This document shows positions 1 to 8,453 of a stretch of 38,341 nt of DNA, piece after piece. The DNA is from Ignavibacteriales bacterium (GTDB lineage: Bacteria; Bacteroidota; Ignavibacteria; UBA10030; UBA6906). Below the pieces are notes generated by a model that saw only the letters and a list, made by a program, of their open reading frames with translations, made no database searches and was not told the DNA's origin. Position numbers and translations under genes: made by a program. Every line of letters starts with the position of its first letter. Position 1 is the stretch's first letter. The DNA lies in contig JBBIRR010000037.1 of the NCBI GenBank assembly GCA_037441705.1, positions 1-38,341 of the forward strand, read 5' to 3'.

Positions 1-85
1 GTCGCCATACTCGCCCTGCTACAGGAGCCGAGAAGGCTTCCAAACCTTGAGGGAGGGCGTGGAGGGACGGCCGCGGGCTCGGTGG

Positions 86-114
86 TTCAGATTCTCGACA
101 CGTTTTCGTATTTT
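86..114 (+). promoter_or_regulatory. putative sigma70-type promoter for the response regulator (possibly leaderless transcript)
   Basis: TTCAGA (86-91), 17 bp, TATTTT (109-114). ATG at 120 lies 5 nt after the -10, with no Shine-Dalgarno. Confidence 0.35.
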
Positions 115-119
115 TGGTC

Positions 120-800
120 ATGTACATACTCGTCATCGAAGATCAGAAAAAAGTCGCCGCTGCTTTGAAGGAAGGACTCGAGCAGCAGGACTACACTGTC
201 ACGGTTGCGCCAAGCGGCGAGGAGGGGTTCTTTCTGCTGCATGCGCAGCCGTTTGATCTGGTCATCCTTGACCTTGGTCTTCCGAGACACGACGGCCTCG
301 AGATTCTCAAAATGCTGCGCGAGGAGAAGATGCACGTGCCCGTCCTTATCCTCACCGCACGTGACTCGATAGAGGACCGCGTCGAAGGTCTCGAGGCCGG
401 GGCTGATGACTACATGGTTAAGCCTTTTGCGTTCCCTGAATTGCTCGCGCGTGTACACTCATTGCTGAGGCGAAGCGCGGAAAAGGAAGAAGCACTCCTG
501 CAGATCAAAGATCTGGTCTTCGATCGTGCAACGCGCCGAGTGACGCGTAACGGACAGCGAATCTCCCTGACCGCAAAAGAGCTGGAACTCCTGGAGTATC
601 TTCTCCTCAGGAAGAATACCGTCGTAACCCGCGAGATGCTTGCCCGCGATGTGTGGAGGGCAACCTCGCGCGCAACACCTCTGGACAATGTGATTGACGT
701 GCATATTACACATCTCCGAAAAAAGATAGACATCTGCGAGCCAAAGCTGCTTCACACAATCCGTGGCGTAGGGTTCATCCTGAGCGAAACGAAGCCATGA
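120..800 (+). CDS. OmpR/PhoB-family DNA-binding response regulator (CusR/heavy-metal-like)
   Basis: Receiver motifs ILVIED, DLVILDLGLP (phospho-Asp), LTARD, GADDYMVKPF; winged-helix end NVIDVHITHLRKKID...LHTIRGVGF. ATG 120 preferred over TTG 114. Confidence 0.95.
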   Translation: MYILVIEDQKKVAAALKEGLEQQDYTVTVAPSGEEGFFLLHAQPFDLVILDLGLPRHDGLEILKMLREEKMHVPVLILTARDSIEDRVEGLEAGADDYMVKPFAFPELLARVHSLLRRSAEKEEALLQIKDLVFDRATRRVTRNGQRISLTAKELELLEYLLLRKNTVVTREMLARDVWRATSRATPLDNVIDVHITHLRKKIDICEPKLLHTIRGVGFILSETKP

Positions 801-2173
801 AGCTGTTCAAGCACATTCGTGTCCGGCTGGCGGCATGGAATATCCTGGTCTTTGGCGGCATTCTCGCGCTGTATGCAGTCGGTACGTCGTGGTTCTTTCT
901 TTCCACCCTGAGCCGTCAGCTTGATGAGAGTTTGATGGAGGAGTTGGAGATGGCTGACCAGATGTTGTTTCCACTCCGGCCGGGTGACTACCTCGTTGAT
1001 TCCCACCCGGCGGACCCGAAGAGACATGAGCACTTCATCGAACTTTGGTCGCCCGACGGACGACTTCTGTACCGCAGCAAGATGCTCGGATCGCGCACGC
1101 TCGGCGGCCCGCCCGATACATCGGAGTTCCGCGGGGTGGTACGGACGGTAGTCCTCGATGACGGCTCGCGCATGCGCGTAGCGTCGAAACTTCACGTTGC
1201 TTCGACACCTCTCACCCTCCTTCGCCTTGCGGTTAACGAGGAGGATTATCTCGGCACGGTTCATCGCTTCATCAATGTTCTCATGGTCGCAATCCCGGTG
1301 GGCCTGCTCCTTGTCAGCGTGAGTGCCTACTGGCTGGCGCGGAACGCCTTGAGGCCTGTGGACTGGATGACATCCGCAGCCCAACGCATCACGGCCGAAC
1401 GACTGAACGAGAGACTCCGCGTGTTGAACCCCGATGATGAGCTTGGTCGACTTGCCGGCACGTTCAACGAACTGTTGGGCCGGATAGAGCATGCGTTCGG
1501 GCAGTTGCGGCAGTTCACCTCGGATGCATCCCATCAACTGCGAACCCCTCTGACTGCGATGCGCAGCGTTGGCGAAGTGGCCCTTCAGAAAAGTCGAACC
1601 CCGGAAGAATACCGCGAGGTTATAAGCAGCATGCTGGAGGAAAGCACGCGCCTCACGCAGCTCGTCGACAACCTGCTGTTTCTTTCCCGGACCGATGCGC
1701 AGAAGCATTTGTTGCATTGTGAACGGCTGGATGCCCTGGAGCTTGCGCACGAGGTCGCCGCGATGATGCACGTCCTTGCCGAGGAAAAATGCCAGCAGCT
1801 CAACGTTGTGGGCGAAACGGGCATCATCATCTCCGCCGACCGTTCGTTGCTGTGTCACGCCCTGATGAACGTGATTGATAATGCCATCAAGTTCTCTCCT
1901 GAAGCCGCCACAACGATTGTTGCCGTGAACAGACAGGATGACTCGTGTGTCATATCCGTAACCGATTCGGGCCCAGGCATCCCGCCAGAAGCACGCGAAA
2001 AGATATTCGAACGATTCTACCGAATTGACCCTAACGGCTCAGCCGGCAGTGGACTTGGGCTTGCAATTGCGAGCTGGGCCGTCGAAATCAACAACGGCAC
2101 GATCACCGTTCGTCCTCATGAACCTTCCGGCTCGACGTTCCTCATCACACTTCCGTGCGCAGACCCACCTTAA
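797..2173 (+). CDS. membrane sensor histidine kinase (2 TM, HAMP, HisKA, HATPase; CusS-like)
   Basis: Two hydrophobic helices flank a periplasmic domain; HAMP (DDELGRLAGTFN); H-box DASHQLRTPL; N-box NVIDNAIKFS; G1 DSGPGI; F FERFYR; G2 GSGLGLAI. ATGA overlap with the regulator. Confidence 0.95.
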   Translation: MKLFKHIRVRLAAWNILVFGGILALYAVGTSWFFLSTLSRQLDESLMEELEMADQMLFPLRPGDYLVDSHPADPKRHEHFIELWSPDGRLLYRSKMLGSRTLGGPPDTSEFRGVVRTVVLDDGSRMRVASKLHVASTPLTLLRLAVNEEDYLGTVHRFINVLMVAIPVGLLLVSVSAYWLARNALRPVDWMTSAAQRITAERLNERLRVLNPDDELGRLAGTFNELLGRIEHAFGQLRQFTSDASHQLRTPLTAMRSVGEVALQKSRTPEEYREVISSMLEESTRLTQLVDNLLFLSRTDAQKHLLHCERLDALELAHEVAAMMHVLAEEKCQQLNVVGETGIIISADRSLLCHALMNVIDNAIKFSPEAATTIVAVNRQDDSCVISVTDSGPGIPPEAREKIFERFYRIDPNGSAGSGLGLAIASWAVEINNGTITVRPHEPSGSTFLITLPCADPP

Positions 2174-2195
2174 GCAACCTTAAGGAAATCTTAAG
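2169..2195 (+). promoter_or_regulatory. triple CTTAAG direct repeat, PmrA/QseB-like OmpR-family binding site upstream of the cytochrome gene
   Basis: CTTAAG at 2169-2174, 2179-2184 and 2190-2195 (periods 10 and 11 bp). The last two form CTTAAG-N5-CTTAAG, matching the YTTAAK-N5-YTTAAK PmrA-type box. Confidence 0.6.
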
Positions 2196-2408
2196 TTGCA
2201 CCAGCGATGAATTCTTACGAGATTTTGAGTGTAGAAAATTGAAACAGTTGCTCTTCAGAATTCAGAAAACCAGCTCTTTTTCATCCCCACTCACTGTTCT
2301 GCAGGCTTCGTAGTTCGCTTCATCCCTTCGATTTACCCCAAGGACTCGCTCCCGCGGACAGATTGTGGGATCAGAGCATCAGATGAACATTCCATGAAGG
2401 AGAAGAAT

Positions 2409-4295
2409 ATGAAGCTGACTTTACGATTTCTCGTCCTCATCGGACTCGTTGCGGTGAGCGCTACGATCATGTTTGCGCAAACCTACCAGGGCACACAGTA
2501 CTGCCAGTTGTGTCACACCGCTGTCTACAACCAGTGGAACACGACACTGCATGCCAAGATCCATCTCCGCACCGATACGGTGTCGGTTCGACCGTTAGCG
2601 GCGTTCACACGCGGCGACACCCTGAGCATGGGTGCCAGTTACAACAACGCGAAGGTCATCCTTCGCAGAAGCGGAAACGACTTCTTCGCCCGTGTCGGTA
2701 TCGGCGGGCAGGAGTACCGAATCGCATTCACGTATGGCTGGGGCTACAAACAACGATATCTTGTGAAGATTGACACCAGCTACTACATGCTGCCGATTCA
2801 ATACAACCTCGCCAAGTACCTGGACAACAGCAGCGGCTCGTGGGTGACGTACAATCCCGGCAATTGGTTCAATGCCGATGGCACCGTCAAACCGATCAAC
2901 AACGCGTTCCGCGCGAAGTCGTGGGACAAGAACTGCATGGGATGCCATGTCACCGGAGGTCGTGTGCAGATGGTGGTTGCCGGGAACGACACATCCTGGA
3001 AGGCCACCTGGGCCAACAACAGCTCCGATCTCAACATCACGGTCGGCTGTGAATCCTGCCACGGACCTTCCACGGGCGGTGCAGGGGCAGGACATCAGAT
3101 GAACCCGACCAATCTGCTCAGCAAACAGTCAAAGATAGAAGTATGCGGGCAGTGCCACAATCGAGCAAGCTCCTGGCGCGGCGCGGGATTGGTCGGAACA
3201 CATGAGTACAACAAGAATGAACTTGATGGTACCTACTTCAATCCCGCGGACACGACACGCCGCCTGAACACGTTCATGAACTTCAATCTGCCGCCCAATT
3301 CCCCCGGAGGCCGAGGCACATGGGTGGTGGAGTCTGTTCCGCGACAACATCATCAGCAGTATCACGACATGCTCGGCTCGGCGCACTACACCAACCCCTT
3401 CGTGGAAATGACGTGCTTCACCTGCCATACGTCGCACAAACCGACGCCCAACAAGAAACTCATTGTGGATTCTCTCGTGGTAGGGACGTTCCGCTTCAGA
3501 GTCAGCGATGAAGACAATACCCTGTGTCTCGCATGCCATGCGACTCATGGCCCGTTTGCGGCGATCCAGAGAGAGTGGGTGCAGAACCCTGTCACCTATC
3601 GCGATTCGATTGCACGATACGTCAATCTCCACACAAAGCATAACGTGTACGACCCGACGAACACGCAGAACACCGGCGGCGGAGGCAGGTGCTCGAAATG
3701 CCATATGACGATGACCGCGATAACGGCAAAAGCCTTTGATATCTCCACACACACATGGGGCGTTATCACGCCCAACGCAACGCTGCGCTATTCAACGATC
3801 GGCACGCCTTCGCTCGGCATGATCAACACCTGCGCGGCAAGCTGCCATCGCAATCCCTCCGGTCCAACGGCAAACGTGCCGTCCTTCGGCGTGGGAACCG
3901 ATCCCAACTTAAGCGACTGGCGTGAGCCGACCGATTTGGCCCTTGCCGATACATTGTGGCGATACTGGCGCTTGTGGGGCTTCACCAGCGTGAAGGAGAT
4001 TGCGACGACAGTGCCCGCAGAGCACTCCCTCTCGCAGAACTATCCAAATCCGTTCAATCCCTCAACGAAAATCGTAGTGAACATCGCACGGAAGGATCGC
4101 GTGCTACTGACCATCTACAACGTGATCGGTCAGGAGGTTGTACGATTGATGGATGGCGAGTACAACGCAGGCAGGTACGAGGTTACCTGGAACGGAAAAG
4201 ACTATTTCGGCAGGACGGTCGCCACGGGTATGTATGTTTACAGACTTGAGGTCGGAACCTTCACCGCCAGCAAGAAGATGCTCATGATCAAGTAG
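2409..4295 (+). CDS. secreted multiheme c-type cytochrome (c554/c552-like N-terminus) with T9SS type A C-terminal sorting domain
   Basis: Signal peptide MKLTLRFLVLIGLVAVSATIMFA|Q. Heme motifs CQLCH, CMGCH, CESCH, CGQCH, CFTCH, CLACH, CSKCH, plus CAASCH. C-terminus SQNYPNPFNPST...WNGKD...ASKKMLMIK. ATG 2409 has an AAGGAG RBS (alternative ATG 2394). Confidence 0.9.
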   Translation: MKLTLRFLVLIGLVAVSATIMFAQTYQGTQYCQLCHTAVYNQWNTTLHAKIHLRTDTVSVRPLAAFTRGDTLSMGASYNNAKVILRRSGNDFFARVGIGGQEYRIAFTYGWGYKQRYLVKIDTSYYMLPIQYNLAKYLDNSSGSWVTYNPGNWFNADGTVKPINNAFRAKSWDKNCMGCHVTGGRVQMVVAGNDTSWKATWANNSSDLNITVGCESCHGPSTGGAGAGHQMNPTNLLSKQSKIEVCGQCHNRASSWRGAGLVGTHEYNKNELDGTYFNPADTTRRLNTFMNFNLPPNSPGGRGTWVVESVPRQHHQQYHDMLGSAHYTNPFVEMTCFTCHTSHKPTPNKKLIVDSLVVGTFRFRVSDEDNTLCLACHATHGPFAAIQREWVQNPVTYRDSIARYVNLHTKHNVYDPTNTQNTGGGGRCSKCHMTMTAITAKAFDISTHTWGVITPNATLRYSTIGTPSLGMINTCAASCHRNPSGPTANVPSFGVGTDPNLSDWREPTDLALADTLWRYWRLWGFTSVKEIATTVPAEHSLSQNYPNPFNPSTKIVVNIARKDRVLLTIYNVIGQEVVRLMDGEYNAGRYEVTWNGKDYFGRTVATGMYVYRLEVGTFTASKKMLMIK

Positions 4296-4329
4296 ACAGC
4301 GGCACCATCTCATCTTGATCCTTTCAAGC

Positions 4330-4365
4330 AACCCCGACTGCAGCAGCTTTGCGGTCGGGGTTTTT
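4330..4365 (+). terminator. rho-independent terminator of the cytochrome gene
   Basis: AACCCCGACTGCA / TGCGGTCGGGGTT stem followed by a T-run. Confidence 0.8.
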
Positions 4366-4399
4366 GTGTTGATAGCACAGAGTCTCTCAATCCTCTCAG

Positions 4400-4432
4400 A
4401 AAAAAATGCCCGGTCCTTCCAGGGCCGGGCAT
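4400..4432 (-). terminator. rho-independent terminator of dnaE-trxA
   Basis: ATGCCCGGTCCT / AGGGCCGGGCAT stem with A7 on its left (U-tail on the minus strand). Confidence 0.8.
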
Positions 4433-4456
4433 CACCGTGCACATCAGGTCTTGACC

Positions 4457-4789
4457 TCAGTTCACGCCAACGTACGGGAGAATTTTCTCCACCAGGGTTC
4501 TCTTCGGCACCGCGCCGATGATCTGTTCCACCACGTTCCCGTTCTTGAACACCATCAACGTTGGAATGCTGCGAATGCCCAGCTGCATGGAAACCTGAGG
4601 ATTGTTGTCCACGTCGAGTTTGCCCACCTTCAGCTTACCGTCGTATTCACGCGCAAGCTCTTCGACAACCGGTGCGATCATCTTGCACGGCCCGCACCAC
4701 GCGGCCCAGAAATCGACCAACACCGGTTTGTCCGAATTCAACACTTCCTGCTGAAAATTCGCATCCGTGATCTCGATCGGTTTCGTCAT
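4457..4789 (-). CDS. trxA: thioredoxin
   Basis: [14 protein letters not shown] active site, GIRSIPTL cis-Pro motif, 110 aa. Confidence 0.97.
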   Translation of the reverse strand: MTKPIEITDANFQQEVLNSDKPVLVDFWAAWCGPCKMIAPVVEELAREYDGKLKVGKLDVDNNPQVSMQLGIRSIPTLMVFKNGNVVEQIIGAVPKRTLVEKILPYVGVN

Positions 4790-4819
4790 GTTGTTTACCC
4801 CTTTCGATCCTTTCTTCTG

Positions 4820-7800
4820 TTATGATGTAAGCCGCACACTCTGCGGTCCCAAGATCTTCTTGACCTCCTCCAGGAACCGGTCGGAGGGTTCGACGGTATA
4901 CTTTTTTGATTGATACGTTCTTCTGCGGTCGCTGTCAATAACGTCGAAGAAACAGGGGCAGTTCCCTTTGTTGGCTTCGAGGAGTTTTCGCAGCTCAATG
5001 ATCGTGTTCTCCTTCACATCGTTCACATCAATGGAGAGAACGATGCTTTTCGTGAACTTCTCTCGCACTTTTTCCATCGGATAGATTTCGTTGACCAGAA
5101 TCTTCACCGTCTCCCCCGTGACTTCGCCCTTGCCGACCACCATCACCATCGCATCGGGGTGAAGGTGCTGCTGGAATTTTGCGAACGGGTCGGCGAACAC
5201 AATACACTCGGCGCTGCCGGTGAAATCTTCCAGCGTCACAAACGCCATCGTCCGACCGCGTTTATCAATCTTTCGTTTGACTGAAGTGATGATGCCGCAT
5301 GCGCGGGCAGTGCTGCCGCTTTTGAACGTACCGATGTCGCCAAAGCGAACATTGGCAAACTCATTCACTTCCTGCTCGAAGCGCTGAAGCGGGTGCCCCG
5401 AGACGAAGAACCCGAGCACGTTTTTCTCGCGCATGAGCCTCTCATGTTCGCTCCAGGCGGGTACGTCGGGAAGCGAGGGATAGGAGATGATCTGACGCTG
5501 CACGCCGCCTGTGTCGAACAGGCTCGACTGGCCGCTGAGCGACTGTTCCTGGTACGCGGCGCCAAAGGCGGCGGCGCGCTCGATGTTCTCGTAATATAAT
5601 GCGCGGTGGCCTCCCATCGAATCGAACGCCCCTGCCTGCACCAAACTCTCCAAACATTTCTTGTTCACCAGACGAAGGTCAACGCGACGGCAGAAGTCGA
5701 AGAAGTTCTCGAACTTGCCGTGCTCTTCTCGTGTCCGTATCACGGACTGAATGGCGTTCTCTCCCACCCCTTTGATGGCACACAAGCCGAAGCGAATATC
5801 CCCGTTGACGACTTGAAAGTCCATGCCCGATTCGTTGACGTCGGGCGGAAGAACACGGAGACCCCTCTTGCGACAATCATTTATGAGCATCACGATCTTG
5901 TCCGTATCCCCGATCTCCGACGACAGCGTTGCCGCCATGTACTCCGCCGGATAATGCGCCTTCAGGTATGCAGTCTGATACGCCACAATGGAGTAGGCAA
6001 CGCTATGGGATTTGTTGAAGCCGTAGGACGCGAACTTCTCAATCAGGTCGAAAATCTCGCCGGCGAGCTTTCTCTCGGTTCCGAGGCGAACGGCGCCCTC
6101 GATGAATTCCGACTTCAGCTTCGCCATTTCCTCTTTGTTCTTCTTGCCCATCGCGCGGCGCATCAGGTCGGCTTTCGCAAGGGTGAAGCCGGCGATGTCG
6201 GTCGCGATCTTCATCACCTGTTCCTGATAGACGATGACGCCGTAGGTTTCCTTCAGGATGCTCTCCATCTTCGGATGGGGATAGCGAATTTCCTGCCGGC
6301 CATGTTTCCGCTCGATAAAATCGCCGATCATCTCCATAGGACCGGGGCGATACAGAGCGTTCATGGCAACCAGATCGCTGATGCAGGTCGGCTTCAGCTT
6401 GCGGAGCCAGTCCTGCATGCCCGAGCTTTCAAACTGAAACACCGCAACCGTATCGCCGCGAGAAAAAAGCTCGAACGTCTTCCGATCATCTTCGGGGAGA
6501 CGGTCAACGTCCAGCTCGATACCGTGATTGCGCTTGATCATCGCGAGCGTGTTCTCGATGACCGAGAGCGTGCGCAAACCGAGGAAGTCCATCTTGAGCA
6601 GACCCGCCGCCTCGAGGTCCTTCATGTTGTACTGCGTCATCAATTCGGTCTGCGGGGTCTTGTACAGAGGAACATAGTCGCTGATATCGCCCGGAGCGAT
6701 CACGACCCCTGCGGCGTGCATGCCAACGCCCCGGTTCATCCCCTCCAACACCAACGATGTTTCAATCAACGTCCGAATTTTGGGGTCGGCGCTTTCTTTG
6801 ACCCATTTCAACTCGGGAATCGTATCAAGGGCTTCCTGCAGCGGTCGTACTTTGCCCAACTCCATCGGAATCTGTTTGGTGATGGAATCGATCGTGCTCA
6901 GCGGTACGCCGAGGACACGCCCGACATCCTTGAGCACCGCGCGGGAGAGAAGTGCATTGAACGTGATGATCTGAGAGACGGATTGCTCGCCGTACTTCTC
7001 CTTCACATACTGAATGACCTGGTCGCGCTTGGAGTCCGAAAAGTCCACGTCAATATCGGGCATGCTCACACGATCGGGGTTGAGGAAGCGTTCAAACAGC
7101 AACCCATATTTGACGGGATCGACGTTGGTGATGCCCAGCGCGTACGACACGATGCTGCCGGCAGCGCTCCCGCGTCCGGGGCCGACCGCAACTCCCATGC
7201 GGCGCGCAGCAGCAATGAAATCCTGGACCACCAGAAAATACCCGGCGTATCCCATGCGCTGGATGACGGCGATCTCGTGTTCGAGGCGGTGCGTCAGTTC
7301 TTCCGTCGGTTCGGGATAGCGACGCTTGAACCCTTCCCGCGCCAGTTTTTCAAAGTACTCCTCGAGTGTGCTCACGCCGGCATCTGCCGGAATGGGAAAT
7401 TGCGGCATGTGGTTGGTCTTCAGATCCAACTCCAGGTTGCACTTTTCCATCACCTCGATCGTGGAACGCAGCGCCTCGGGAAAGTCCCGGAAGAGCTCCA
7501 CCATCTCCTGTTCCGTTTTGAAATACACCTGGTCGGTCTGGTACCGCAGCTGCCTATAGTCGTGCGTCGTGGTGCTCGTCGAGTCGGGAATGAGGAGCAG
7601 AATGTTGTGCGCGACGGCGTGTTCGCGCTTCAGGTAGTGGATGTCGTTGGAGCAGATAAGCTTCAGGCCTAACTCTTTCGCGAGTTTCGGAGCCTTTTCG
7701 CGAATGATCGCCTCGCGCTTGATGCCGTGGTTTTGAATCTCGATGTAGAAATCATCTCCGAGAATATCCTTGTAGATCTCCGCTGCCTCGTACGCCTCGG

Positions 7801-8284
7801 CGTCTTCGTTGTTGGCAAGATGGGCATTGACGACACCGCCAGCACACGCCGTTGTCCCGATCAATCCATCGCGATATTCTCTGAGCAGTTCTGCATCAAT
7901 ACGGGGCTTGTAGTAGAAGCCTTCGGTGTGGCCGAGCGTGCACAACTTGATGAGGTTCTTATAGCCTTGCAGATTTTTTGCAAGCAGGAGCATGTGGTGA
8001 TAGGCTCCACGCTTGCCGCCCGATTCGGTTGCCTGCGTCGTCTTTTCCTTCCGGCTTCCCTTCGTCACGATATAGGCCTCCATCCCAATGATGGGTTTGA
8101 TGCCGGCCTTCAGCGCCTTCTTGTAGAACTCCAGCGCTCCGAACATAACGCCATGGTCGGTCAGAGCAACGGCGGGCATTCGATTGTCGGCAGCCGCTTT
8201 CACCAATGCATCCACGGTGAGCGCTGCATCCAGAAGGCTGTAGTGTGTGTGATTGTGGAGATGGACGTACTCGGGCATCTTCAT
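4820..8284 (-). CDS. dnaE: DNA polymerase III alpha subunit
   Basis: PHP domain HLHNHTHYSLLD, GPGRGSAAGS, catalytic SMPDIDVDF, KMDFLGL, YGFNKSH, C-terminal OB fold. Start may be ATG 8278. Confidence 0.98.
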   Translation of the reverse strand: MKMPEYVHLHNHTHYSLLDAALTVDALVKAAADNRMPAVALTDHGVMFGALEFYKKALKAGIKPIIGMEAYIVTKGSRKEKTTQATESGGKRGAYHHMLLLAKNLQGYKNLIKLCTLGHTEGFYYKPRIDAELLREYRDGLIGTTACAGGVVNAHLANNEDAEAYEAAEIYKDILGDDFYIEIQNHGIKREAIIREKAPKLAKELGLKLICSNDIHYLKREHAVAHNILLLIPDSTSTTTHDYRQLRYQTDQVYFKTEQEMVELFRDFPEALRSTIEVMEKCNLELDLKTNHMPQFPIPADAGVSTLEEYFEKLAREGFKRRYPEPTEELTHRLEHEIAVIQRMGYAGYFLVVQDFIAAARRMGVAVGPGRGSAAGSIVSYALGITNVDPVKYGLLFERFLNPDRVSMPDIDVDFSDSKRDQVIQYVKEKYGEQSVSQIITFNALLSRAVLKDVGRVLGVPLSTIDSITKQIPMELGKVRPLQEALDTIPELKWVKESADPKIRTLIETSLVLEGMNRGVGMHAAGVVIAPGDISDYVPLYKTPQTELMTQYNMKDLEAAGLLKMDFLGLRTLSVIENTLAMIKRNHGIELDVDRLPEDDRKTFELFSRGDTVAVFQFESSGMQDWLRKLKPTCISDLVAMNALYRPGPMEMIGDFIERKHGRQEIRYPHPKMESILKETYGVIVYQEQVMKIATDIAGFTLAKADLMRRAMGKKNKEEMAKLKSEFIEGAVRLGTERKLAGEIFDLIEKFASYGFNKSHSVAYSIVAYQTAYLKAHYPAEYMAATLSSEIGDTDKIVMLINDCRKRGLRVLPPDVNESGMDFQVVNGDIRFGLCAIKGVGENAIQSVIRTREEHGKFENFFDFCRRVDLRLVNKKCLESLVQAGAFDSMGGHRALYYENIERAAAFGAAYQEQSLSGQSSLFDTGGVQRQIISYPSLPDVPAWSEHERLMREKNVLGFFVSGHPLQRFEQEVNEFANVRFGDIGTFKSGSTARACGIITSVKRKIDKRGRTMAFVTLEDFTGSAECIVFADPFAKFQQHLHPDAMVMVVGKGEVTGETVKILVNEIYPMEKVREKFTKSIVLSIDVNDVKENTIIELRKLLEANKGNCPCFFDVIDSDRRRTYQSKKYTVEPSDRFLEEVKKILGPQSVRLTS

Positions 8285-8352
8285 CCAACCTAAAAAGATC
8301 CTCGTGATTACGAACTTAGCGGGTCAGGAGAATGTACAAAGACAACACCAAT

Positions 8353-8385
8353 AGTTGTGAACAACTTTTTCGTTAGATATCCACA
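8353..8385. promoter_or_regulatory. DnaA-box-like pair and palindrome upstream of dnaE
   Basis: TGTGAACAA (8356-8364) and ATATCCACA (8377-8385), each one mismatch from TTWTNCACA, in opposite orientation. Palindrome AGTTGT-GA-ACAACT at 8353-8366. Confidence 0.35.
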
Positions 8386-8453
8386 CGCTTGATTCACTGG
8401 AAATGACGTAAACGCGGTGAGATTTTCCCCTTACAAAGAACGCACTTAGCCCC

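Noticed and set aside
5606-7672. 688-aa ORF antisense to dnaE, and similar long antisense ORFs (752-1858, 9333-10556, 13162-14394, 26468-27640, 30852-31814)
   Set aside because: They are shadows of real genes caused by codon bias at high GC, with no recognizable motifs.
4820-8284. Intein or split in DnaE
   Set aside because: Length (1154 aa) is normal, YGFNKSH is uninterrupted, and no C...HN splice motifs are present.
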